Part shown: one piece after another, positions 29,889 through 38,793 of the stretch
Numbering within the stretch: the stretch's first letter is position 1
How the letters are laid out: the number at the start of each line of letters is the position of its first letter
Origin: a bacterium
Lineage (GTDB): Bacteria > UBA8248
Length of the DNA: 64,000 bases
Reading direction: 5' to 3'
Assembly (NCBI GenBank): GCA_963692865.2
Contig: OY843592.1
Coordinates: 768,001 to 832,000, forward strand
Made by a program: the position numbers and the translations under genes
Notes under the pieces: generated by a model
Told to the model about the DNA's origin: nothing
The model's database searches: none
What the model saw: only the letters and a program-made list of their open reading frames with translations

Positions 29889-29968
29889 ATGGTGGAGAGT
29901 AGAACCGGTTCGTGGTTTTGGTATTTTCGGCGAGCACTATCTTTGGCCGCAGTGGATGAGCGGACAGA
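29889..29968 (+). pseudogene. Frameshifted 5' remnant of the alpha/beta hydrolase gene at the duplication junction
   Basis: ATG GTG GAG...GGT TCG TGG TTT TGG TAT TTT (+1) GAG CAC TAT CTT TGG CCG CAG TGG ATG AGC GGA CAG parallels 31887-31967 (MAAENIIGSWFRYFPEHYLWSQLMSGQ). Confidence 0.8.
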
Positions 29969-30023
29969 AAGATGCCGAATTTCATATTTGAACCTCAGAA
30001 AAAAAGTGATGTTCGTGAAGGTG

Positions 30024-30061
30024 TAAAAAAACCGCGGGGGGCGTCGTGCCGCCCCCCGCGG
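30024..30061 (-). terminator. Rho-independent terminator after SBP copy 2
   Basis: Duplicate of the hairpin at 28003. Confidence 0.75.
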
Positions 30062-30085
30062 CGTGGTGCAGCGAAAAACACCCGC

Positions 30086-31615
30086 TTAGTTCATGCCGAG
30101 CACTTCGATCTCCCAGGGGAGAAGCGTCTCATCGTGGCGCGGGGTCCATTTCAGATTCGAGCCATGGCCGAGCACGTCGTGGATCTTTACGACGATCTTG
30201 TGCGTGACCAGATTTTTCATCAAGTCGGTTACGCCCTCGAAAGCCATCTGCTGTTTTTTCGGATCGACGGTGGCCGTGGCCGCGTCGATGGCCTTGTCCA
30301 GCTCCGGGAAGCACATGCCGCTCCAGGGGCCTTTGCAGCTCGACGTTCCGCGAAGCACGGAGGTGGAGTCGCCCTGGCCGTTGCCGAAGCCCATGTAGTA
30401 GGCGGCGGCGCCTTTTTTCTTGCCGGCCTTGTAGGCGCGGTGCAGCTTCTTGAAGAGCGGGAAGCGCTGGGAGTTGCACGTTGCGTCCACGCCGACTTTC
30501 TTGACCATGCCTGCGATGGCCTCACACGTGGCCTTGTCGCCCGGGTAGCGGCCGTTCGTGGCGATGAGTTCCATCTTGAAGCCCTTCTCGTGGCCGGCTT
30601 CCTTCAAGAGGGCCTTCGCCTTGGCCGGGTCGTAGCCGTACCATTTCTTTTTGGGGTTGTAGCCCGAGTAGTTCCAGGGGTGGAGCATCTGGCCGAACAG
30701 GTCCGCGCGTCCGCCCAGGATGGTCGTGCGAATCGCTTCCGCGTCGATGGCGTAGTTGATTGCCTTGCGCACCTTCACGTTGGCCATCGGGCCGCCGTGT
30801 CTCGTGAAGAAGCCCATGTGCATGATGCGCACGGCGGGGACGACGGCGACTTTCGTCTTCGGGTTTTTCTCGAGCTGGGGGATGAACTGCGGCATGATGC
30901 CCCAGGCCACGCCGATTTCGCCCGCCTGAAGCGCCTTGGCGCGCGTGGCGCTCTCGCGGATGCGGCGGAGGACGACGCGCTGCGGCCGCTTCGGGAAGTT
31001 CTTGTTGTTCCACCAGTTCGGGTTCGCCTCGAACACCATCTTCTGGCCCTTGGTCCAGGACTTGAGGACGTAGGGACCCGTGCCGTAAGTGTTGCGCGAG
31101 ATGTGTGCGAGTTCCATGCCCTTGGTCTTCAGGCTGATGGGGCCGGCCCAGCGGGTCAGGCGGTTCCACATGCCGCCGTCGGGTTCTCTGTTGTGATAGA
31201 TGAAGGTGTGATCGTCGATGACTTCGATTTTATCGATGTTCTTGAAGTACTGTCTCTGCCGCGCGGACTTCATGATGCGGCTGATGGTGTACTTGAAGCT
31301 CTCCGCCGTGAAGGGTGAGCCGTCGGAGAATTTCACGCCCTTTCTCAGCTGGAACTTCCACTTCAGGGGAGTGAGTTGGGTCCACTTCGTGGCGAGCCAG
31401 GGCTTTTTCGCGCCCGTTCCGGTCTCGGCGTGAAGAAGGGTGTCGTAGCTCCAACGCCAGACCATGGCGCCGACGAAGTTCGAGACGCGGTGCGGGTCCA
31501 TCGTCGGGGGTTCGCCAGAGAGGGCGATGGTGACGGTGCTCTTCGCATGAGCCGTCAGGGGCGCGCCCATCGCCAGTATGGCGAAGACGGCCAGGATTAC
31601 GAAAAACTTCCGCAT
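30086..31615 (-). CDS. ABC peptide/nickel transporter substrate-binding protein (SBP family 5), copy 2
   Basis: Same motifs as the 28062-29591 gene and near-identical to it over the central part. Confidence 0.92.
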   Translation of the reverse strand: MRKFFVILAVFAILAMGAPLTAHAKSTVTIALSGEPPTMDPHRVSNFVGAMVWRWSYDTLLHAETGTGAKKPWLATKWTQLTPLKWKFQLRKGVKFSDGSPFTAESFKYTISRIMKSARQRQYFKNIDKIEVIDDHTFIYHNREPDGGMWNRLTRWAGPISLKTKGMELAHISRNTYGTGPYVLKSWTKGQKMVFEANPNWWNNKNFPKRPQRVVLRRIRESATRAKALQAGEIGVAWGIMPQFIPQLEKNPKTKVAVVPAVRIMHMGFFTRHGGPMANVKVRKAINYAIDAEAIRTTILGGRADLFGQMLHPWNYSGYNPKKKWYGYDPAKAKALLKEAGHEKGFKMELIATNGRYPGDKATCEAIAGMVKKVGVDATCNSQRFPLFKKLHRAYKAGKKKGAAAYYMGFGNGQGDSTSVLRGTSSCKGPWSGMCFPELDKAIDAATATVDPKKQQMAFEGVTDLMKNLVTHKIVVKIHDVLGHGSNLKWTPRHDETLLPWEIEVLGMN

Positions 31616-31886
31616 GGGATTTCCTCCTTTAGGGAATAGAACAGGTTTCAAAAACCTACTCCGGTGAAGATGAAAATCACCTTCTCAATCACTGAAAACT
31701 TTTATGGTATTCCGATTTTATGCCCTTATATGGCGGAATTTATCATGGTTGCGAATACAGCGTCAAAGCTTGGGGCGGGTGATCCGCCATGAAGTTTCCT
31801 TGTGAACGCGAGGGCGTTGCGTGTATGTTCCCCGCATCGCGAAATGAATGAATTTGTTAAATGGTTTAATTGAGGGGAGGCTTTTC

Positions 31887-33062
31887 ATGGCGGCTGAGAA
31901 CATCATCGGCTCGTGGTTCAGGTATTTTCCCGAGCACTACCTGTGGTCGCAGTTGATGAGCGGGCAGATCAACATCGCCCCGATGGGGGGATCGAACTTC
32001 CACGAAATCGACCAGATAGGCAAGCGGTTGAGCGGGCGAGCGGGCGACGCCGAAGCGTGGCGCGACGCGTGGTCCTGGATGTCGGACAAAACGCTGGCCC
32101 GAGCGGAGGATGAGGAGCGAAAGGGTCACGAGCGAACCGCCATGGCGGCCTTTGTGCGAAGCGCGATTTACCGCTACGCGAGCGAGCGCTTCGTGCATCC
32201 CGACGACCCGAGAAAATCCGAATCCTATAGCGAACTCCTGCCCCACTACGAGAAAGGGATGAAATTCCGCGTACCCGGCTTCGAGCGCGTGGACGTTCCC
32301 TACGAGGAAGGTCCGCTGGCGGCGTATCTGCTTCCGCCGAAAAATCCGACGGGCAACGATCCCTACGTTGCGTTCTTCGATGGGCTGGATGGCTCCAAGG
32401 AAATCACCGTCTTGTGGGGCGCGCTTGCGCTGATAGAGCGCGGCGTCGGAGTGCTCTGCGTAGACGGGCCCGGCCAGGGGGAGACGCTCAGGCTCAGGAA
32501 GATACCGAGCCGTTTCGATTACGAGGTGGCGGGAACGGCGGCGTTCGATTTTCTGGACGCGCGTCCCGAGGTGGATTCTGAACGGGTCGGCTTGATGGCC
32601 ATGAGCATGGGCGGCTACTACGCGCCGCGCATCGCCGCTTTCGAGCACCGCTACGCGGCCTGCCTCACCTGGGGAGCGCATTTCGACTATCACGAGGTCT
32701 GGGTGCATCGGAGAAAGGTTTTGGAAAGCGGCGGCACCATCTCCTCTTCGGCCATCTGGCAGCTGCCCTGGGTGCTGGGCGCGCCGGACATGGATTCCGC
32801 GATGGAAAAGTGCAAGGCCTACACCCTGGCTGGCGTCGCCGAGAGGATACGCATGCCGATTTGCATCACCCATGGCCAGGACGACAACATCGTGCCGGTC
32901 GAGATGGCCCACAGGCTCTATGAGGCGTGCGGTTCCGAGGAGAAGGAACTCAAGATTTTCACCGTCGAGGACGGCGGCAGCCAGCACTGCGCCTTCGACA
33001 ACCTGCCGATGTGCGGGGAATGGATCGCGGACTGGTGGATGGACAGGTTCCAGACGGCTTAG
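31887..33062 (+). CDS. Alpha/beta hydrolase, FrsA/2,6-dihydroxypseudooxynicotine hydrolase-like
   Basis: FDGLDGSKE, DGPGQGE, nucleophile elbow AMSMGGYYAPR, HG.DD..VP, GGSQHC. Confidence 0.88.
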   Translation: MAAENIIGSWFRYFPEHYLWSQLMSGQINIAPMGGSNFHEIDQIGKRLSGRAGDAEAWRDAWSWMSDKTLARAEDEERKGHERTAMAAFVRSAIYRYASERFVHPDDPRKSESYSELLPHYEKGMKFRVPGFERVDVPYEEGPLAAYLLPPKNPTGNDPYVAFFDGLDGSKEITVLWGALALIERGVGVLCVDGPGQGETLRLRKIPSRFDYEVAGTAAFDFLDARPEVDSERVGLMAMSMGGYYAPRIAAFEHRYAACLTWGAHFDYHEVWVHRRKVLESGGTISSSAIWQLPWVLGAPDMDSAMEKCKAYTLAGVAERIRMPICITHGQDDNIVPVEMAHRLYEACGSEEKELKIFTVEDGGSQHCAFDNLPMCGEWIADWWMDRFQTA

Positions 33063-33076
33063 ACCGGCTTCTTTCG

Positions 33077-33110
33077 GCGGGGACTTCGCGCTTGCGAGGT
33101 CCCCGCCTTT
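33077..33110 (+). terminator. Stem-loop or weak terminator after the hydrolase
   Basis: GGCGGGGAC...GTCCCCGCC followed by TTT. Confidence 0.5.
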
Positions 33111-33135
33111 ATCTTGTTCGCTTAAGGAGAAGAAA

Positions 33136-33543
33136 ATGACGGAAGAAACAAGAGAGGAAAAAGTAAGGCGCATTACGGAGAAGATTCACGGCGACCGCGG
33201 TTTCGTTTACGACGTGCTCGGCTTCGGCGCGCAACTGGACCCGGATTATTTCGAGGTCTACTCGCAGATGCACTGGGGGTTTTTCAAGGAGAAGCCGCGC
33301 CATCTCGACCCCAAGACGCGCGAGCTCATCGAAATCGGCCTCCTCGCCTTCAAGGGCATGAAGCACGAGGTCTACACCCACACGAAAAAGGCCCTCCGCC
33401 TCGGCGCGACGATGGAGGAAGCGCTCGAGGCCTTCGAGGTGGCCAGCATCGGAGGCGGCGCGCCCGTGCTGATGGAAGGCCTCTACGCGCTCAAGCGCAT
33501 CGCCGACGAGCAGGCCGAGGAAGAGCGCGCGAATTCCTCCTGA
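33136..33543 (+). CDS. Carboxymuconolactone decarboxylase (CMD/AhpD-like) family protein
   Basis: LDPKTRELIEIG, H.KKALRLGAT.EE..EA. No CxxC motif. Confidence 0.82.
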   Translation: MTEETREEKVRRITEKIHGDRGFVYDVLGFGAQLDPDYFEVYSQMHWGFFKEKPRHLDPKTRELIEIGLLAFKGMKHEVYTHTKKALRLGATMEEALEAFEVASIGGGAPVLMEGLYALKRIADEQAEEERANSS

Positions 33544-33628
33544 TCGCTGGCCTAAGGCGGCGATTTGTGAGAGTCTTGAAATCTCCGAACCAGAAAATCC
33601 ATCCTCCCGCGTTTGAGGAGAACTTCTC

Positions 33629-34597
33629 TTGTCCGAAGAAAAAGCGCCTCTGAGCGACGAGCGCATGCAGGCGATGTACCGCGACATGCTGCGCATACGC
33701 CGCTTCGAGGAGACGGCGTTCGAGCTGTTCGAGCAAGGCGAGGTGGTGGGCGGCATCCACGTGAGCATCGGCCAGGAGGGATGCTCGGTCGGCGCGTGCA
33801 GCACGCTCCGGGAAGACGATGCGATTCTCACCACCCACCGGGGCCACGGCCACTCCATCGCCAAGGGGACGCGCCTGCCCGAGATGATGGCGGAGCTTCT
33901 GGGCAAGGCGACGGGGCTTTGCCACGCCAAGGGCGGTTCGATGCACATCGCCGACGTGTCGAAGGGCCACTACGGGGCGCACTCCATCGTGGGTTCGAAC
34001 ATGCCGATGGCGGTGGGCATCGGCCTCGCCTTTCATTTCGAGGGCAAGGGCCAGGTGGCGGTCGTCTTCTTCGGAGACGGCGCGGCGAACGAGGGCAGCT
34101 TTCACGAGTCGGTGAACCTGGCGTCGATATGGAAGCTGCCGGTCATTTTCTTTTGCGAGAACAACCATTTCGCCTCGAGCACGCGGGTGCAGTACGCCAC
34201 TTCGGTGGCGGACATCAGCGCGCGGGCGGCGGGATACGACATCCCCGGCGTGACGGTGGATGGCATGGACGTGCTGGCGGTCCATGAGGTGATGGTAGAA
34301 GCCGTCTCCCGCGCGAGGAAAGGTCTGGGGCCCAGCCTGGTCGAGGCGAAGACATACCGCTATTTCGGCCACTCGAGAAAAGACCCCCGGTTCGGGCCGT
34401 ACCGGACGGAGGAGGAATGGAGCGAGTGGAAGGCGAAAGACCCCCTCCTCGTGGCCGAGCGGATACTCGGCGTGAGCGGGTCGCAGAAAAAAGCGCACAC
34501 AGAAGCTGTCGAGAGCGAATTGAGAGATGCGCTCGCCTTCGCGCGGCAAAGCCCCGAACCCGCACCCGAAGAAGTGTATGAGGACCTCTATGCCTGA
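33629..34597 (+). CDS. ThDP-dependent dehydrogenase E1 alpha subunit (AcoA/PdhA-like), copy 1
   Basis: H.SIGQE, THRGHGH, KGGSMH, GDGA...ENN ThDP motif, TYRYFGHS. Confidence 0.93.
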   Translation: MSEEKAPLSDERMQAMYRDMLRIRRFEETAFELFEQGEVVGGIHVSIGQEGCSVGACSTLREDDAILTTHRGHGHSIAKGTRLPEMMAELLGKATGLCHAKGGSMHIADVSKGHYGAHSIVGSNMPMAVGIGLAFHFEGKGQVAVVFFGDGAANEGSFHESVNLASIWKLPVIFFCENNHFASSTRVQYATSVADISARAAGYDIPGVTVDGMDVLAVHEVMVEAVSRARKGLGPSLVEAKTYRYFGHSRKDPRFGPYRTEEEWSEWKAKDPLLVAERILGVSGSQKKAHTEAVESELRDALAFARQSPEPAPEEVYEDLYA

Positions 34598-35576
34598 GAC
34601 GAAGATGCGCACCATTTCGTATGCAACGGCGATAAACGAGGCTCTCCACGAGGAGATGGCGCGCGACGAGAAGGTCTTCCTGATGGGAGAGGACGTGGCG
34701 CTTTCCTCCATCTCGCCCGCCACGGCGGGTCTGGGTGACAGGTTCGGCCACGAACGGGTGCGCAACACGCCCATCAGTGAATTGGGCTTCACCGGAGCGG
34801 CCGTAGGCGCCGCGATGGCCGGTTACCGGCCCGTGCTCGACATGCGGCGCATCGATTTCATGATGCTGGCCATCGACCCCATCGCGAACCAGGCGGCCAA
34901 GCTGCGCTACATGCTCGGCGGCCAGGTGAGCGTGCCCCTGGTCATCCGGGCGCCCGAGGGCGGCGGCTCCCAGAACGGTCCCACGCACAGCCAGTGTCTC
35001 GAGGCCTGGTTCATTCAGGTGCCGGGCCTGCGCGTCATCGTGCCGAGCGACCCGGCGGACGCGAAGGGGCTCCTAAAGTCCGCCATCAGGGAGGACAACC
35101 CCGTGCTCTTCGTGGAATACCGGGCTCTTTACTCTCTGGAGGGCCCCGTGCCTGAGGGCGATCATACCGAGCCCATCGGAAGAGCGGCGGTGAAAAGAGA
35201 GGGAAGCGACATCACCCTCATCGGCATCGGAAGCCAGGCGCGAAGTTGTCTGGAAGCGGCGGATTTGCTCGCAGACGAGGGCGTGGACGCCGAGGTGGTG
35301 GACCCCAGGACCATCAATCCCCTCGACGTGGAGGGGCTTGCGGCGTCGGTCCGAAAGACGGGCCTTTGCGTCGTCGCCGAAGAAGGGCACAGGAGCGGCG
35401 GCGTGGGGGCGGAGATCGCCGCCTCGATTCAGGAAGCGGCCTTCGGCGCGCTCGAAGCGCCCGTCAGCCGCGTGGCGGCCCTCGACGTGCCCGTCCCCGT
35501 CCACACGAAACTCGAAGCCATCGTCCTCCCCAGCACGGAGAAAATCGTCGCGGCGGCGAAAAAGCTGCTTTCATAG
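34590..35576 (+). CDS. ThDP-dependent dehydrogenase E1 beta subunit (AcoB/PdhB-like), copy 1
   Basis: LMGEDV, NTPISE, NQAAK, THSQ, DAKGLLK. Confidence 0.93.
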   Translation: MPETKMRTISYATAINEALHEEMARDEKVFLMGEDVALSSISPATAGLGDRFGHERVRNTPISELGFTGAAVGAAMAGYRPVLDMRRIDFMMLAIDPIANQAAKLRYMLGGQVSVPLVIRAPEGGGSQNGPTHSQCLEAWFIQVPGLRVIVPSDPADAKGLLKSAIREDNPVLFVEYRALYSLEGPVPEGDHTEPIGRAAVKREGSDITLIGIGSQARSCLEAADLLADEGVDAEVVDPRTINPLDVEGLAASVRKTGLCVVAEEGHRSGGVGAEIAASIQEAAFGALEAPVSRVAALDVPVPVHTKLEAIVLPSTEKIVAAAKKLLS

Positions 35577-35586
35577 AGGACCTCTT

Positions 35587-36555
35587 TTGGCCAGGGCGAC
35601 TTCACGATTGACCCGAAAACGTATGGGCGAGATGTACCGCGCGATGCTCCGGATCCGCCGCTTCGAGGAGACGGCGGATGATCTCTACATGGCGGGCAAG
35701 GTGGTGGGCGGCGTGCACGTGAGCATCGGCCAGGAGGCGTGCTCCGCTGGCGTGTGCGCGGCCTTGCGGGAGGACGACGCCGTGCTCACCACCCACCGGG
35801 GGCACGGACACTCCATCGCCAAGGGAACGCGCCTGCCCGAGATGCTGGCCGAACTGATGGGCAAGGTGACCGGCCTTTGCCGCTCCAAGGGCGGCTCCAT
35901 GCACATCGCCGACGTATCGAAGGGCCACTACGGCGCGCACTCCATCGTGGGCGCGAACATGCCGATGGCGGCGGGCATCGGACTCGCGTATCAACTCGAG
36001 GGGAAAGACCGCGTGGCTGTCGTCTTCTTCGGCGACGGGGCTTCGAACAACGGCGCGTTTCACGAGGCCATGAACCTGTGCGCCATCTGGAAACTGCCTG
36101 TGGTCTTCTTCTGTGAGAACAACCAGTACGCCGTCAGCGTGCCGGCGGAGTATTCCACCTCGGTGGACGACATCAGCGTGCGCTCGAAGGGGTACGACGC
36201 CCCCGGCCTGACGGTGGACGGCATGGACGTGGCGGCGGTGTACGAGGCGAGCCGTGAGGCCGTGGCCCACGCGCGCCGCGGCGCAGGGCCGAGCCTCGTC
36301 GAGGCGAAGACCTACCGCTTTTTCGGCCACTCGCGCGGCGACCCGCACTACGGCATGTACCGGACGAAAGAGGAGTGGGAGGGCTGGAAGGAGAGAGACC
36401 CGCTCATCGTGTGCGAGAAGATGCTCAAGATGACCGTGAAGCAAAAGAAGGCGCATGCCGACGCGGTGGAGGCGGAGATACGAGAGGCGATCGAGTTTGC
36501 GGAGAACAGCCCCGAGCCCGAGGAAAGCGTGGCGCTCGAGGACATCTTCGCCTGA
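35587..36555 (+). CDS. ThDP-dependent dehydrogenase E1 alpha subunit, copy 2
   Basis: Same motifs as copy 1. TTG start at 35587 behind GAGGA. Confidence 0.92.
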   Translation: MARATSRLTRKRMGEMYRAMLRIRRFEETADDLYMAGKVVGGVHVSIGQEACSAGVCAALREDDAVLTTHRGHGHSIAKGTRLPEMLAELMGKVTGLCRSKGGSMHIADVSKGHYGAHSIVGANMPMAAGIGLAYQLEGKDRVAVVFFGDGASNNGAFHEAMNLCAIWKLPVVFFCENNQYAVSVPAEYSTSVDDISVRSKGYDAPGLTVDGMDVAAVYEASREAVAHARRGAGPSLVEAKTYRFFGHSRGDPHYGMYRTKEEWEGWKERDPLIVCEKMLKMTVKQKKAHADAVEAEIREAIEFAENSPEPEESVALEDIFA

Positions 36556-36566
36556 GGGAATCCGGT

Positions 36567-37550
36567 ATGCCTGAACTCACATACGTCGAAGCCCTGAACG
36601 AGGCGCTCCATGAGGAGATGGCGCGCGACGAGAAGGTGTTCCTCATGGGCGAGGACGTGGCGTTCGATTATTTCGGCGTGTGCTCGGGGCTGGCCGACCG
36701 CTTCGGCCGCGACCGGGTGCGCGACACGCCCATCTGCGAACTCGGCTTCACGGGCGCGGGCGTGGGCGCGGCGATGGCGGGCTTTCGGCCCATCGTGGAT
36801 TTGCGCTTCATGGACTTCACCACCTACGCGCTCGACCCCATCGTGAACCAGGCGGCGAAGCTCCGCTACATGCTGGGCGGGCAGCTTTCGGTTCCCATGG
36901 TGGCGCGGATACCCAGCGGCGCGGGGCTTCAGTACGGCGCGACGCACGGGCAGTCGCTCGAGGCGTGGTTCATGCAGGTGCCGGGCCTGAAGGTCCTCTA
37001 CCCGAGTTGCGCGCCCGACGCCAAGGGGTTGCTCAAGGCCGCCGTCCGGGACGACAACCCGGTCATGTTCATCGAGCACAGGCTGCTCTATGCGCAAAAG
37101 ACGAAACAGGCCGTGCCCGAAGGCGATCACACCACGCCCATCGGGGTGGCCGACGTGAAGCGGGCGGGCGCGGACGCCACCATCGTGGGAATCGGCTATC
37201 AGATGGGCCATTGCCTGGAGGCGGCGGAAGCGCTTGCGGGAGAGGGAATCGAGTGCGAGGTCATCGACCCGCGTTCGCTCTCGCCTCTGGACGTGGAGAC
37301 CATCACGGCCTCCGTGCGCAAGACGAGCCGCTGCGTCATCGTGGAGGAGGGGCACCTGAGGAGCGGCGTGGGCGCCGAGATATCAGCCGCCATACAGGAG
37401 TCGGTGTTCGAATACCTGGACGCGCCCATCGGCCGCGTGGCCGCGCTCATGGCGCCGATTCCCGTTCAGACGAAGCTCGAGAAGTTCGTGCTCCCGAGCA
37501 CGGAGAAAGTCATCGCGGCGGTCCGCAAGACGCTGGGCGTCTCCGCCTGA
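36567..37550 (+). CDS. ThDP-dependent dehydrogenase E1 beta subunit, copy 2
   Basis: LMGEDV, DTPICE, NQAAK, THGQ, DAKGLLK. Confidence 0.92.
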   Translation: MPELTYVEALNEALHEEMARDEKVFLMGEDVAFDYFGVCSGLADRFGRDRVRDTPICELGFTGAGVGAAMAGFRPIVDLRFMDFTTYALDPIVNQAAKLRYMLGGQLSVPMVARIPSGAGLQYGATHGQSLEAWFMQVPGLKVLYPSCAPDAKGLLKAAVRDDNPVMFIEHRLLYAQKTKQAVPEGDHTTPIGVADVKRAGADATIVGIGYQMGHCLEAAEALAGEGIECEVIDPRSLSPLDVETITASVRKTSRCVIVEEGHLRSGVGAEISAAIQESVFEYLDAPIGRVAALMAPIPVQTKLEKFVLPSTEKVIAAVRKTLGVSA

Positions 37551-37553
37551 TCC

Positions 37554-38537
37554 TCAGTCCTGGGCGACGATGGGGTTTCTCAACACCCCCACGTGCTCGA
37601 CCTCACACTCCACCACGTCTCCCGGCTTAAGCAAGTAAGGTTCCGGGTCTTCCTGCTCCAGGGCCACGCCGCAGAACGTGCCCGATGAGATGATGTCGCC
37701 CGGCTCCAGCGACATCTGGCTGTAGAAGGCGATGAGTTCTGGGATCTTGAAGATCATGTCGGTCAGAAGCTCGTCCTGGCGCGTCTCGCCGTTCACCCGG
37801 CATTGCACCCGCAGCGATTCGGGGTTCGGCACCTCGTCCGCCGTGACGATGTAGGGGCCGATGGGGTTGGTGGTGTCGAAGTTCTTGCCCAGGAACACGC
37901 CGCCAAGAGCGGCGGAGCGCTGCACTTCGCGCGCCGTGATGTCATTGTAGACCGTGTAGCCCATGATGACGTCGAAGGCGTTCTCGGGCTTCACGTCCTT
38001 GCAGTGTTTGCCGATGATGAAGCCGACCTCCACCTCGTAATCCAGCATTTTGGTCTGCCTGGGATAGAGCACCGGCTCCTCGTGGCCGACGAGCGAGGAG
38101 TCGAAGCGCGGCGCGCCGGGCACATTTTCGGGAACCGAATGACCCGTGTTCGCGACGTGCTTGTTCGAGTTGAGGCCTGTGTGGAAGAACTTGCCCGGGT
38201 GGGGGATCGGCGCTCTCAGGCGAACGTGCCTGTCTTTCAAGGCGGCGAACTCTCCGTCCGGCCCCGCAGGCTCTCCGCCTGAGACGATTATCGCCTCCGC
38301 GTGACCGAGCGCCGCGCCCGCCGCCGCCATGGCCGGTTCTCCGCCGCAGAGAAATTCGCGCATGTCCCGGGGAATCCGCGCGTTCGCCATGGCGTAGGGG
38401 CGTCCTTCACCCTCATTATCTGCGAGATAGCTCGCGTAGGCGAGTCTTAAGTCGAGCATCCTCCCGTCTTTCAGGACGGCGCCCAGGCGGTCTCCGGTGG
38501 CGCCCGGCGAGAGGTTCTGGTAGGTGGCGAGTTTCAT
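37554..38537 (-). CDS. Fumarylacetoacetate hydrolase family protein
   Basis: LDYEVEVG, YNDITAREVQ, GKNFD, PGDIISSGT, GDVVECEVEHVGVLRN. Confidence 0.92.
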   Translation of the reverse strand: MKLATYQNLSPGATGDRLGAVLKDGRMLDLRLAYASYLADNEGEGRPYAMANARIPRDMREFLCGGEPAMAAAGAALGHAEAIIVSGGEPAGPDGEFAALKDRHVRLRAPIPHPGKFFHTGLNSNKHVANTGHSVPENVPGAPRFDSSLVGHEEPVLYPRQTKMLDYEVEVGFIIGKHCKDVKPENAFDVIMGYTVYNDITAREVQRSAALGGVFLGKNFDTTNPIGPYIVTADEVPNPESLRVQCRVNGETRQDELLTDMIFKIPELIAFYSQMSLEPGDIISSGTFCGVALEQEDPEPYLLKPGDVVECEVEHVGVLRNPIVAQD

Positions 38538-38793
38538 GGACGTCTCCTTTCGGTCATGAAAGACGAATAATCGCGCATGTTGGATGGAAGCGCATCGCAA
38601 TTTCCGCATCCTACAGAACGAAAGCGCACATTGTCCATGAAGCGGAGAGCCGTCCGGCGCATGAAGATTTGAAATGTTTTAGGCTATTCGCAAGTGTTGT
38701 GGCTCTTGACGAGCCGCCGAAAGAAGGGGATAAATAACCTCTCACGTACACGCGGCATGTTTGTTTTCAACCGTTTTCAGTCAAGGTTTCGCC

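Noticed and set aside
33629-37550. Naming the E1 pairs pdhAB or acoAB
   Set aside because: Substrate cannot be told from motifs and there is no E2/E3 context, so gene symbols are withheld.
38706-38736. sigma70 promoter upstream of dppB (TTGACG...TAAATA)
   Set aside because: The spacing does not give a convincing -10 box at 16-18 bp.
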